In this document: positions 20,615-29,724 of the stretch, one piece after another
Position numbering within the stretch: position 1 is the stretch's first letter
How the letters are laid out: the number at the start of each line of letters is the position of its first letter
From: Thermotogota bacterium
GTDB taxonomy: Bacteria > Thermotogota > Thermotogae > Petrotogales > Kosmotogaceae
DNA: 35,001 nucleotides
NCBI GenBank assembly: GCA_034660555.1
Contig: JAYEJL010000172.1
Location: 1-35,001, forward strand
Direction: 5' to 3'
Program-made: the position numbers and the translations under genes
The notes under the pieces: model-generated
Seen by the model: only the letters and a program-made list of their open reading frames with translations
What the model was told of the DNA's origin: nothing
Database searches by the model: none

Positions 20615-21854
20615 ATGGAAGAATATGGAAAAAGAAATATTTCTAGAAAAAGCATATAAAGCGGCTTCTAAGAAGAAGTCAAATGATTTTCTTTACAGAC
20701 TTTTTTCTGACCTTAAATATTCCCTTGGTGCAGATAGTTATACCGAATGGGACGTGAGTTCTAATAGTTTGAAGCTAATTATCACAAACCACGGTCCACT
20801 GGTCATGGGTGCGGCACTAGAAATAATGGACCATTATGAAGAACTTGCTTCACTGGTTTTCTTACAGGCATGCGATAATCTAAAGGAGAAATATTTTTGG
20901 ACAGAACAATCAAAATTAAACTTTCGTGGAAAAGTTGCACAGGGAAGCCTGAATTTGCAATCTCTGGGCGAATCGATCTTATCAGGTGATACACAGCAAA
21001 CAATAAAAATATTTGAGGAAATTCAGGATGTAAATATCTCGCTTAAACCAGAAATAGAAGATATCCTTTACTTCATGAGTATAGTATCAGTTGAAGAAAC
21101 AACTTTTAGAAATGCCAGAAATCTTGGTCACAAAGCGATAGCACTGGAAAAAACACTTGATCTCATTGAACGACTCCCCAGGCTGTCACAACAATTTTAT
21201 AGATGGTTTCTAAGATATTTAACCTCTTTTCCGGTGATATTTCCACTTTACGACAGGGTGTCAAGAAACTTCGATATAGATGAAAAGTGGGTAAATAATA
21301 CTGTTCCTATAAATGAACAATTATTTGACGCAGTATATAACTCACTTTATTACCGTAAAGGAATTATCACTGAAATCTTTAATAGTTTTAGAAATGGCTA
21401 TAGTGTTGAAAGTATAAGAAAAGCACTTCTTATAAGCTCACTTAAGTTTATATCAGAAAGACGTTTAGATACTTCATTTTACTTAATACACCTTTTAAAC
21501 TATCTCCACGCCTCAAAACAATACTTCCAGAGGCACAGTACCATAAGAACTGTTTGTGCGCTTCTGGTTCAGGCAATGTATGCTGAAATCATGTTTGATG
21601 AAAGAGGCGGCTCTGGTAGCGAAACTGGTACTCCAGTATCTCAATCGCTGGATGATATCCTGAAAAACCTTATAAAAATTGATGCTTCGGCAAACGGAGG
21701 ACATAACATAAAGGTTGTTTCAACGTTTATCGATGAATTAAACCACAGTCCTGCATGGGCTAACGACTATTATTTGAAAGCAGCAGACAAAATCTACAAA
21801 CTGAATCCAAAAAGTTATAATATTTTTGAATTTTTAAAAACGCTTCAAAAATAG
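20601..21854 (+). CDS. Uncharacterised predominantly helical protein with four His-centred motifs (possible metalloprotein)
   Basis: Long open frame overlapping the PAS gene end; motifs NHG, LGHKAI, IHLLNYLHA, GHNIK; start uncertain (20601 or 20625). Confidence 0.75.
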   Translation: MKASEWKNMEKEIFLEKAYKAASKKKSNDFLYRLFSDLKYSLGADSYTEWDVSSNSLKLIITNHGPLVMGAALEIMDHYEELASLVFLQACDNLKEKYFWTEQSKLNFRGKVAQGSLNLQSLGESILSGDTQQTIKIFEEIQDVNISLKPEIEDILYFMSIVSVEETTFRNARNLGHKAIALEKTLDLIERLPRLSQQFYRWFLRYLTSFPVIFPLYDRVSRNFDIDEKWVNNTVPINEQLFDAVYNSLYYRKGIITEIFNSFRNGYSVESIRKALLISSLKFISERRLDTSFYLIHLLNYLHASKQYFQRHSTIRTVCALLVQAMYAEIMFDERGGSGSETGTPVSQSLDDILKNLIKIDASANGGHNIKVVSTFIDELNHSPAWANDYYLKAADKIYKLNPKSYNIFEFLKTLQK

Positions 21855-22663
21855 TTCTTCCTAAATAAGCTTTTAACTATCTTTGCGAACCCCGCATCAT
21901 TATTTGTTGGAGCTATGATATCAGCGTTTTCTTTTACAACTTTTGTTCCGTTTCCCATGGCAACTGATAAACCTGCCACTTTAAAGGCAGCCACATCATT
22001 ATTGTTATCTCCGAAAACTACAATTTTTTCAGGCAATATTCCCATCTTTTCACAGAGAACCTTCAGAGCTTTTCCTTTATCAGTATTCGAGGGTATGATA
22101 TCAAGATATGTTGGAAAAGACCTTACTATTTCAACTCCACTGAATCTTCTTCTGAATTTCTCTGCAATTGTTTCGAGTTCTTCCGCTTCATCAATAATTA
22201 AGAGTTTTGTTGGTTCATGATTTTTAACAAAGTCCAGGATATTTTTAGGTATATGATATTCCACACTGGAATGCCTTGCATAATCATCAGCCTTTTTATT
22301 GTCTTCCGACACATATAATTCATCGTTGACATAAGCTTGAATATAGAGCCCTTCTTTTAGTGCTTCTTTCACAATCGAACTCGCAAGCGATGAAGAAATC
22401 TTTTTATCAAGAATAATCCGATCATTCAGTTTTACCATTGCACCGTTATAGGAAATTATTGGAAACATACTACCAATGTTTGATTGTAAAAACGTTTCCA
22501 CAGACTGCAACATTCTTCCGCTACAGAAAATCACATTGAGACCTTTTTTAATAATGAAATTCAGGATCGAGAGATTATCAGCAGGTAGTTCTTCGTTATC
22601 ATCTATGAATGTCCCATCTATATCAATGACAATGGCGTTAAATTTATTATTTTCTGTAACCAT
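21845..22663 (-). CDS. Cof-type HAD subfamily IIB hydrolase
   Basis: DIDGT, CSGR, YNGA, DKGKAL, FGDNNND, AMGNG; start set at ATG 22663. Confidence 0.93.
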   Translation of the reverse strand: MVTENNKFNAIVIDIDGTFIDDNEELPADNLSILNFIIKKGLNVIFCSGRMLQSVETFLQSNIGSMFPIISYNGAMVKLNDRIILDKKISSSLASSIVKEALKEGLYIQAYVNDELYVSEDNKKADDYARHSSVEYHIPKNILDFVKNHEPTKLLIIDEAEELETIAEKFRRRFSGVEIVRSFPTYLDIIPSNTDKGKALKVLCEKMGILPEKIVVFGDNNNDVAAFKVAGLSVAMGNGTKVVKENADIIAPTNNDAGFAKIVKSLFRKNYF

Positions 22664-24362
22664 TGCTAATGGGCATCCTCCAGTCTTTGCCAAATGAACA
22701 TCGCGAAATCTTTGTTCCAGCACAATATTGTTTCCTTTTGTATTCACTGTTCTTAATCCTTGTAAGGACTTCACGAGTTATCTCCATATCTATACCTCTT
22801 TCAGCAATCTCTTCTGGTGAAAATCTTTCTTCAAAAAAGAAATTCAAAATAGTATCAAGTACATGGTAAGGTGGTAATATATCTTCGTCTTTCTGTCCCA
22901 GTTTTAATTCAGCTGAAGGGGGCTTCTCAATTATCCTTTCTGGAATTATTTTGCTTTCCCTAAAACAATTATAGAAAATGGCGAGCTTGAATACATCTGT
23001 TTTATATACATCCTTTAACGGTGCAAAACCACCAGCCATATCTCCATAAAGCGTCCCATATCCTGTTGCTAGCTCACTTTTATTGCTGGTAGCTAAAATT
23101 ATCCAGTTAAATTTGTTTGAAAGTGCCATTAAGATATTTGCTCTAATTCTTGCCTGAATATTTTCTTCGGTAACATCAGGTTTTGTGTTTGCAAAAAACT
23201 CATTTAATGATGACAGATACAATGAATTAATTTTGTTAATAGGTATTGTTAAGGTATTTATTCCCAGATTTTCTGCAAGTTTCATTGCATCTTCTTTGCT
23301 CTGTTCCGTGGTATATTCAGAAGGCATGAACACTCCAACGACGTTTTCTTTTCCTATTGCTTCAGTTGCCAAACAAGCAACCAATGAAGAATCTAGCCCA
23401 CCGCTTAATCCTAACGCTACTTTTTTAAATTCATTCTTAACAAGATAATCCTTTAAACCCAGAACAAGCGCTTTGAACATCTCTTCTTCTCTATACCAGA
23501 CTGGTTCCTTATAATCGGGAATGTATTCCTGTTTTGATTTTCCTTTAAATGTTATCTTTTTTTCGTTCACATTTTTGAAAATTGTATAGCTCTTTCTTTT
23601 TCCCTCAAGCAGATTCAGTGTAATGGCATCGTAAGGATCAATGTCGCCAATAAGCAGTTCTTCTTCAAAATCAGCAGCAACATAGGTTTTTCCGTTAGGC
23701 AAAACTATAAGGCTTCTTCCATCAAAAACCAGTTCGTCCTGACCACCAACCTGATTACAATAGCCAATTACACATGAATACTCATTTGCCCTTGTCTGAA
23801 GTAGTTTTAATCTGGAAAAATGTTTTTCTGAAATATATGGAGAAGCGGAAAGATTCAACAGTAAATTTGCTCCAAATTTCGTTTGATCATGTCCGGGACC
23901 TGCTGGAAGCCATATGTCTTCACATATATTTACTCCCAATTTAATCCTACCATTGGTTAATACTAAAGAATCATCTCCTGCTGAAAAATATCTCCTTTCA
24001 TCAAAAACAGTGTAATTAGGAAGATGATTTTTTCTATGTACTCCTATTAATTCTCCATTTTGGATAACAGCAGCCGCATTATATAATTCTGTATTAAAAT
24101 CAACAAATCCTACTATAACAGTAATATCAGAATCGCTCGTATAGTCCTTAATCGTTTCAAGAGCTGAAAGGTTTTCTTTAATAAAATCTACCCGATAGAG
24201 CAAATCTTCGGGAGGATAACCTGTAATGGTAAGTTCAGGAAAAACAATTATGTCAACATCCTTTCCCTTTGCTTTATTTACGTATTCTTTTATTTTCGCT
24301 AGATTTTGTTCAATGTCACCTACCGTTGTGTTTATCTGAGCAAGTCCGACTCTAATAATCAT
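22647..24362 (-). CDS. nadE: Glutamine-dependent NAD+ synthetase
   Basis: Nitrilase-fold triad (FPEL, RKNHLPNY, ICEDIW) plus GLSGGLDSS, ENIQARIR, NKSE, PPSAEL; start set at ATG 24362 behind SD GGAGGT. Confidence 0.96.
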   Translation of the reverse strand: MIIRVGLAQINTTVGDIEQNLAKIKEYVNKAKGKDVDIIVFPELTITGYPPEDLLYRVDFIKENLSALETIKDYTSDSDITVIVGFVDFNTELYNAAAVIQNGELIGVHRKNHLPNYTVFDERRYFSAGDDSLVLTNGRIKLGVNICEDIWLPAGPGHDQTKFGANLLLNLSASPYISEKHFSRLKLLQTRANEYSCVIGYCNQVGGQDELVFDGRSLIVLPNGKTYVAADFEEELLIGDIDPYDAITLNLLEGKRKSYTIFKNVNEKKITFKGKSKQEYIPDYKEPVWYREEEMFKALVLGLKDYLVKNEFKKVALGLSGGLDSSLVACLATEAIGKENVVGVFMPSEYTTEQSKEDAMKLAENLGINTLTIPINKINSLYLSSLNEFFANTKPDVTEENIQARIRANILMALSNKFNWIILATSNKSELATGYGTLYGDMAGGFAPLKDVYKTDVFKLAIFYNCFRESKIIPERIIEKPPSAELKLGQKDEDILPPYHVLDTILNFFFEERFSPEEIAERGIDMEITREVLTRIKNSEYKRKQYCAGTKISRCSFGKDWRMPISNGYRK

Positions 24363-25245
24363 CTCCCCATACCTCCCAAATATAATTAAAGTAATCCAGA
24401 AATTTCTTCGCAACTCCTTTATTTTTAATTATAACAATTAATTCCCTGTTCTTTTCATAAGCAGAATATGTTAGATTAGCTGACCCTGTTATTACGATCT
24501 CATTATCAACAACTATTGTCTTTTCATGCAGCGATTTATGAGCTCCTACACGTCTTATTAGGAAAGGTCTGTTCAAATAAGAAACGATTTCTCCATAGTT
24601 GAAGGTCCAGCTATCTACCAAACAACGTATCTGGATTCCTTTAATTGACTTTAGCTTCATTACACTCAGGAAATCGTAATCTGTAAAAGCATATGCAGCA
24701 ATGTAAATTGATTCTTTTGCTCTAAGCATTTTATCAAGAATTTTTTCCTTTAGGTTAGAATAAGGCAGAAGATAAAAAGAACAATCTGAAAAAGCAAATC
24801 CATTAACGCTTACACCATTCTTTACAGCATGATAAAAGTCATAAAGACCATTTGCTATTTCATTGGAATCAAAAAATAAGAAAGAATTTAGTCCTCCCTG
24901 CAATCCGGATAGTGTAAAATTCCCTGTACCAATAACCGAATGTTTCATGTCAGAAATAAGAAACTTTGAATGAATAAGTGCATCTGAAGAATCACAAATT
25001 ACTTTAAATGCTGGATCTAATAGCATTGTTCTCTGAATAGTTGAATTATCAACCATTGCTTCTACATGAACACCTTTATCCACAAGATTGTTCAGTGAAT
25101 CTATTATTTCAGGATGATCAAGTGAAAATGCTACTATTAGCAACTCATTTTCAGTTTTTTTAATAATCTCTAGAACTCTCTCCAAAACTGAGTTATCCTT
25201 CGTAAAGGAAACATCAATTGAGTAAAGACTTGTGGAAACAGTCAC
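24352..25245 (-). CDS. Phospholipase D superfamily protein with two HKD motifs (start uncertain)
   Basis: HSKFLISD...GTGNFT and HEKTIVVD...GSANLT; first GTG outside the tRNA and terminator is 25245 but it has no SD; the frame stays open to ATG 25383. Confidence 0.85.
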   Translation of the reverse strand: MTVSTSLYSIDVSFTKDNSVLERVLEIIKKTENELLIVAFSLDHPEIIDSLNNLVDKGVHVEAMVDNSTIQRTMLLDPAFKVICDSSDALIHSKFLISDMKHSVIGTGNFTLSGLQGGLNSFLFFDSNEIANGLYDFYHAVKNGVSVNGFAFSDCSFYLLPYSNLKEKILDKMLRAKESIYIAAYAFTDYDFLSVMKLKSIKGIQIRCLVDSWTFNYGEIVSYLNRPFLIRRVGAHKSLHEKTIVVDNEIVITGSANLTYSAYEKNRELIVIIKNKGVAKKFLDYFNYIWEVWGDDY

Positions 25246-25260
25246 AAAAATAATAATCAG

Positions 25261-25290
25261 AAAAACAAAAAAGGGACCCGATCGGTCCCT
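25261..25290 (-). terminator. Intrinsic terminator after tRNA-Ala
   Basis: Minus strand AGGGACC-GATCG-GGTCCCT followed by TTTTTGTTTTT. Confidence 0.82.
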
Positions 25291-25294
25291 CTTG

Positions 25295-25370
25295 TGGTGG
25301 AGTCGAAGGGATTCGAACCCTCGGCCTTCACAATGCCATTGTGACGCGCTCCCAGCTGCGCTACGACCCC
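25295..25370 (-). tRNA. tRNA-Ala(GGC)
   Basis: Acceptor GGGGTCG/CGACTCC with G3.U70, anticodon arm TCACA-ATGGCAT-TGTGA, TTCGAAT, ACCA end, 76 nt. Confidence 0.97.
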
Positions 25371-25381
25371 ACTTAATAAAC

Positions 25382-25410
25382 ATTATACATCACCATATTT
25401 TTGTATTCAA
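25382..25410 (-). promoter_or_regulatory. tRNA-Ala promoter
   Basis: TTGAAT (25410-25405), 17 nt, TATAAT (25387-25382). Confidence 0.85.
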
Positions 25411-25416
25411 TAATAA

Positions 25417-26334
25417 TTAAAGCGTCCTCCCTCTTTTTGCAATCCATGTAATAATAATGGGAGGTGCAATATAAAGAGAAGAATATGTTCCAACTATAAC
25501 ACCTGCCAATATTCCAAATGCAAAGGGCTGTAATACCTCACCAGAAAAGATGTATAGAACTAGTACTGCAATAAATGTTGTCAATGAGGTATTAATAGAT
25601 CTTATAATAACTTCATTAATACTTGAATTTACAATTTCAGTTATTGGTTTACCCCTAAGCTTTTTAAGATTTTCTCTTATCCTATCATAAACAACAATGG
25701 TATCATTCAATGAATATCCCAGTAATGTAAGTAAGGCTGCTATGACCGGGGCATTAAATTCTATCCCGAATATACTGTAAAGCCCAAGTACAATCACCAG
25801 ATCATGTATCAAAGCCAGTAGAGCACCCAGCCCAAAAACAAATCGGAATCTTATGGTTATATACAGTAAAACAAGTGCAACTGCTACAATTACTGCTGTT
25901 GTCATATATCCTTTTATTTCCTGAGCTGCAAAACCTGATATGGTATTAACCGAAACAATGTCATCTGATTTAACACCCAGTGGCTCACTAAGAGCTTTGA
26001 CTATAATTTCCTCAAGCTTTTTAGCCGTTTCTCCTGCTACAATAACAGAAAACCTTGCTTTGGTAACGGTCTCTCCTTCAAGTGTTTCGGCAAGAGGACG
26101 TTGTTTAACAATTCTTGCACTTTCAAACAATTCATTTTCTTTAACAAGGTGCTCGCGTACTTCGCCAACTGTTGTATCAACATTAGAAACGGTGAGACTT
26201 ATTTCAGTACCTCCTGTAAAATCAACTCCAAAGTTAAAGCTTTTACTAAAAATGAATATTAATGCAACAGCGATGACTATTAATGAAATCATAATGAATA
26301 TTTTTCTTTTATTTACGAAATTAAATTGTTTCAT
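25417..26334 (-). CDS. secF: Protein translocase subunit SecF
   Basis: FGVDFTGG, LIHD, GYSLNDTIVVYDRIRE, RSINTS, GTYSS. Confidence 0.97.
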   Translation of the reverse strand: MKQFNFVNKRKIFIMISLIVIAVALIFIFSKSFNFGVDFTGGTEISLTVSNVDTTVGEVREHLVKENELFESARIVKQRPLAETLEGETVTKARFSVIVAGETAKKLEEIIVKALSEPLGVKSDDIVSVNTISGFAAQEIKGYMTTAVIVAVALVLLYITIRFRFVFGLGALLALIHDLVIVLGLYSIFGIEFNAPVIAALLTLLGYSLNDTIVVYDRIRENLKKLRGKPITEIVNSSINEVIIRSINTSLTTFIAVLVLYIFSGEVLQPFAFGILAGVIVGTYSSLYIAPPIIITWIAKRGRTL

Positions 26335-27836
26335 TGCGCATCGTTCCCTTCAACGCGAGCCTTTTTCAAATAGCGGTCTACATTAATGGCACCTTCCATG
26401 CCGGAAAGGATTATTCTGGAAACAACAAGATTTGTAAACATTGCTCCAATAACACCGATTATCAATGTGGTTGCAAATCCTTTAACTGTGCCTGTCCCAA
26501 AGTAAAGAAGTACCAATCCGGCAATTACAGTTGTTAGATTGGCATCAAAAATTGTCCAGAACACCTTACTAAAACCGCTAGAGATGGCATTTTCAATAGT
26601 TTTTCCGAGTTTTAATTCTTCCTTTACTCTTTCAAATATCAAAATATTTCCATCGACAGTAGTTCCTATGGTCAAAATGATACCTGCGATTCCGGGAAGT
26701 GTTAGTATTGCTTCAGTTAATGAAAGTATACCGAACAACAATACTGTATTAAAAACCAAAGCAATATCAGCTGTAATTCCCATTAATCCATATACTGCGA
26801 TCATATAAATCATTACAATAATTATACCTGCAATTCCTGCTAAAAGTGCGGCATTTATGATATCTCTACCGAGTGTTGGAGATAAAATTTGCTTGTTGAA
26901 TGCATCCAATTCAACCGGTAGATTTCCACTACTTACCAGTACTGCTATATCTCTTGATTCTTCAACGGTCTGGATTCCTTCTATTACTGCTCGCCCATTT
27001 CTAATTGCTGACTGGACAATCGGTGCAATAATTACGCTTTCATCAAGTATAATCGCGAGCCTCTTTTCAATATCATTAGCGGGTATTCCAGATTTATAAG
27101 AAGTAATTTTTGAAAATATATCAGTTCCCGTTTGATTGAAGTTTAGTGAAACCATATAACGACCCTGTCTGGGCTGAGGATTCTGATTTACAAGAGGTTT
27201 CGCATCAACTATGGTACTACCATCAAGTTCGTAATAATCATTGCTTACATTGATTTTCGTACTTATGAGATACCAGGTGTTATTAACCTGTCCGTTTTGA
27301 ATTTTTCCAAAATCGATATCCTTAAGCCAATATACTTTAGCGTCGCGGGCTCTTCGTTTGCTTACTTCAAGCCTGACATTTGAAGGAATTGATGGGGTCG
27401 ATTCATTTGTTTCTATTGCAATAACATCTGCAAAATATAAACGACCTGTTTGACCGATTAAACTTTCTGCTCTATCAATATCTGTAATCCCTGGGATTTG
27501 AACCCTAATTCTAACGGGGGGTATTTCTTCACCGTAACTTATCCTCGAAATTACTTTCTCTACAGTAGCTTCAGTAAATCCAGCTGCGTCAAGCCTTCTT
27601 CTCAATATCTGAACTACTCTATCTGCAAGCGAATTTAACTCTTCAGTACTTCCTTCAGCCAACATCTGGTACTCCAGCAGGGTACCACCCTTAATATCCA
27701 AACCAAGTTTGATATTGTTTGATATTTTTTCAAGATAAGTATTTCCCTCAGCACCACCACGAGGAATTATCAATGGCAAAACAGCTAATAGGAGCACTGC
27801 GACTGTTACTATTAATCTTTTTTGGTTTGCTCTCAT
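26331..27836 (-). CDS. secD: Protein translocase subunit SecD
   Basis: LGLDIKGG, LTLPGIAGIILTIG-x2-VDGNILIFER, IFDANLTT, GTVKGFA. Confidence 0.97.
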   Translation of the reverse strand: MRANQKRLIVTVAVLLLAVLPLIIPRGGAEGNTYLEKISNNIKLGLDIKGGTLLEYQMLAEGSTEELNSLADRVVQILRRRLDAAGFTEATVEKVISRISYGEEIPPVRIRVQIPGITDIDRAESLIGQTGRLYFADVIAIETNESTPSIPSNVRLEVSKRRARDAKVYWLKDIDFGKIQNGQVNNTWYLISTKINVSNDYYELDGSTIVDAKPLVNQNPQPRQGRYMVSLNFNQTGTDIFSKITSYKSGIPANDIEKRLAIILDESVIIAPIVQSAIRNGRAVIEGIQTVEESRDIAVLVSSGNLPVELDAFNKQILSPTLGRDIINAALLAGIAGIIIVMIYMIAVYGLMGITADIALVFNTVLLFGILSLTEAILTLPGIAGIILTIGTTVDGNILIFERVKEELKLGKTIENAISSGFSKVFWTIFDANLTTVIAGLVLLYFGTGTVKGFATTLIIGVIGAMFTNLVVSRIILSGMEGAINVDRYLKKARVEGNDAQ

Positions 27837-27887
27837 TTTTTATGTCCGAATTTCGGACAGCGCACCCCCTTTCAAGACAAAACTACT

Positions 27888-28280
27888 TCATTGGTTTTTC
27901 TTTTCAACATCTGGCTCTACGTTCTCTGTACCTTCCTGTTTCCCTAGTATAGCTGTAATGGAGCGCCTTGTTAAATCAAGTTCAGCACCTTTTCCTGTGC
28001 GAATTCTTACGGTGTTTTTTTCCATATTTGTTACTTTACCAATAATACCACCAGCAGAAACTACTCTATCTCCTACTTTGAGCTTTTCCATCATTTGTTT
28101 AAACTTTTTTTCTCTTCTTTTCTGTGGAAATACAATCATGAAATAGAAAAGTGCTACCATTATTACCAACCAAATAATAATTCCTGTCATTCCACCTGCT
28201 CCATTAGTGGCTGCAGTCTCGCCTTGGGCAGGTTCAGAAGTGGCTGGACCGTATAAAACAAAACCTAAAAGTTCTGACAT
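27888..28280 (-). CDS. yajC: Preprotein translocase subunit YajC
   Basis: Single TM then FYFMIVFPQKRR, LKVGDRVVSAGGIIGKV; SD AGGAGG; upstream of secDF. Confidence 0.95.
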   Translation of the reverse strand: MSELLGFVLYGPATSEPAQGETAATNGAGGMTGIIIWLVIMVALFYFMIVFPQKRREKKFKQMMEKLKVGDRVVSAGGIIGKVTNMEKNTVRIRTGKGAELDLTRRSITAILGKQEGTENVEPDVEKKNQ

Positions 28281-28315
28281 TTTTTAATACCTCCTGCTAT
28301 TAAACATCGAAAGCA

Positions 28316-28344
28316 ATTTTACCAGATGTCTGGATTTTATTCAA
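28316..28344 (-). promoter_or_regulatory. yajC-secDF promoter
   Basis: TTGAAT (28344-28339), 17 nt, TAAAAT (28321-28316) with TG extension. Confidence 0.75.
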
Positions 28345-28396
28345 GAAAAGAAGTACAAAGGTAAACATAACCATAACTATATGAAAGCATACATTA

Positions 28397-28405
28397 TGAT
28401 ATAAT
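28397..28405 (+). promoter_or_regulatory. Extended -10 promoter for the frr operon
   Basis: TGATATAAT 65 nt upstream of frr. Confidence 0.55.
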
Positions 28406-28470
28406 TTCGAATAGAATTCGTTCGCAAACCAACATATTAAAGAATGCCTGAACAATCAAGGGGGTAGATC

Positions 28471-29028
28471 ATGAGAAATAAAATATTGAAAGATGCAAAG
28501 GAAAAGATGGAAAAGACAGTTGAAAAAACCAGAGAAGAATATAGTCACATGCGTACAGGTAGACCTTCTCCTGCAATACTTGAGGAAATAAAGGTTGATT
28601 ACTACGGAGTTCCAACACCGATAAATCAGTTGGCAACGATAAATGTTGCTGAAGGCAGGACTCTTATTATAAAACCATGGGATAAGAATTTACTGGGTAC
28701 AATAGAGAAATCCATACTTGCATCAAATCTTGGGCTTACACCAATGAATGATGGAACAGTTATTAGATTGAACTTTCCAGCGCCCACAACTGAACAAAGA
28801 GAGAGATGGGCAAAAAATGCTAAAGACACATGTGAAAAAAGCAAAATCTCCATTAGAAATATTAGAAGAGAAGCAATAAAGGAAGCTAAAGAAGCAGAAA
28901 AGAATAAGGAAATGACTGAAGATGATCTTAAACGCTTTGAAGATGAAGTTCAAGATTTAACAAATGAGTATATAGATAAACTTGAACAAGTCCTTGAGAA
29001 GAAAACAAAGGAGATTATGGAATTTTGA
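28471..29028 (+). CDS. frr: Ribosome recycling factor
   Basis: [32 protein letters not shown]. Confidence 0.97.
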   Translation: MRNKILKDAKEKMEKTVEKTREEYSHMRTGRPSPAILEEIKVDYYGVPTPINQLATINVAEGRTLIIKPWDKNLLGTIEKSILASNLGLTPMNDGTVIRLNFPAPTTEQRERWAKNAKDTCEKSKISIRNIRREAIKEAKEAEKNKEMTEDDLKRFEDEVQDLTNEYIDKLEQVLEKKTKEIMEF

Positions 29029-29714
29029 AAAATGCTCTGCAGCATGTAGCTTTTATAATGGATGGAAACGGCCGCTGGGCTAAAAAACGTGGTCTTGATC
29101 GGATGGAGGGCCATAAAAAAGGGGCCCAGGTTGCAGAAAAAATAGTAAAAGAAGCAAAAAAAGAAAACTTTCGTTATGTCACTTTATATGCTTTTTCAAC
29201 TGAAAATTGGAAAAGACCTCGAGAAGAGGTCGATTTTTTATTGCAGCTTGTAGTAACCTATCTAGGATCACGAATAGAAGAAATGATATCAGAAGATGTC
29301 AGATTAAGATTCATGGGTCGAATTGAAGAACTTCCATCAAAAACCAGAGAAGTATGTAAAAAAATAGAATCAAAAACAAATCATTGCGGCAAAATTGATG
29401 TAATTGTCGCATTAAATTATGGCGCAAAAACAGAACTGGTCGATGCTTTCAAAAAAATGATTAGAGCTGGTTTTACTGATATTGAAGAAGAAACAATCTC
29501 TGATCATCTATATTTTCCAGATGTTCCCGATCCCGATCTTGTAATCAGAACATCTGGAGAAAAGCGTTTAAGCAATTTTATGCTTTGGCAGTGTTCTTAC
29601 AGTGAACTTTATTTTACAGATATCCTCTGGCCGGATTTTGATGAAAAGGATTTTGAGGATGCTATTGAAGAATATTCTAGAAGAAAACGTAGATTTGGTA
29701 GTGTTGAAAATTAG
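29025..29714 (+). CDS. uppS: Isoprenyl transferase (undecaprenyl diphosphate synthase family)
   Basis: [43 protein letters not shown] start overlapping the frr stop. Confidence 0.96.
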   Translation: MKNALQHVAFIMDGNGRWAKKRGLDRMEGHKKGAQVAEKIVKEAKKENFRYVTLYAFSTENWKRPREEVDFLLQLVVTYLGSRIEEMISEDVRLRFMGRIEELPSKTREVCKKIESKTNHCGKIDVIVALNYGAKTELVDAFKKMIRAGFTDIEEETISDHLYFPDVPDPDLVIRTSGEKRLSNFMLWQCSYSELYFTDILWPDFDEKDFEDAIEEYSRRKRRFGSVEN

Positions 29715-29724
29715 GATATGAATT

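Noticed and set aside
20544..20630. Frameshifted fusion of the PAS gene with the downstream ORF
   Set aside because: The downstream protein has no kinase, GGDEF or HD-GYP motifs, no convincing slippery site with stimulatory structure was seen, and short overlaps are the norm in this window
18614..21854. tRNA-anchored genomic island or prophage
   Set aside because: No integrase or transposase, no duplicated tRNA 3' end (att site) seen, and the distal end overlaps a core gene
28322..28333. CCAGA-TG-TCTGG palindrome in the yajC promoter spacer as an operator
   Set aside because: Only 5-bp arms and no second copy noticed; cannot be distinguished from chance
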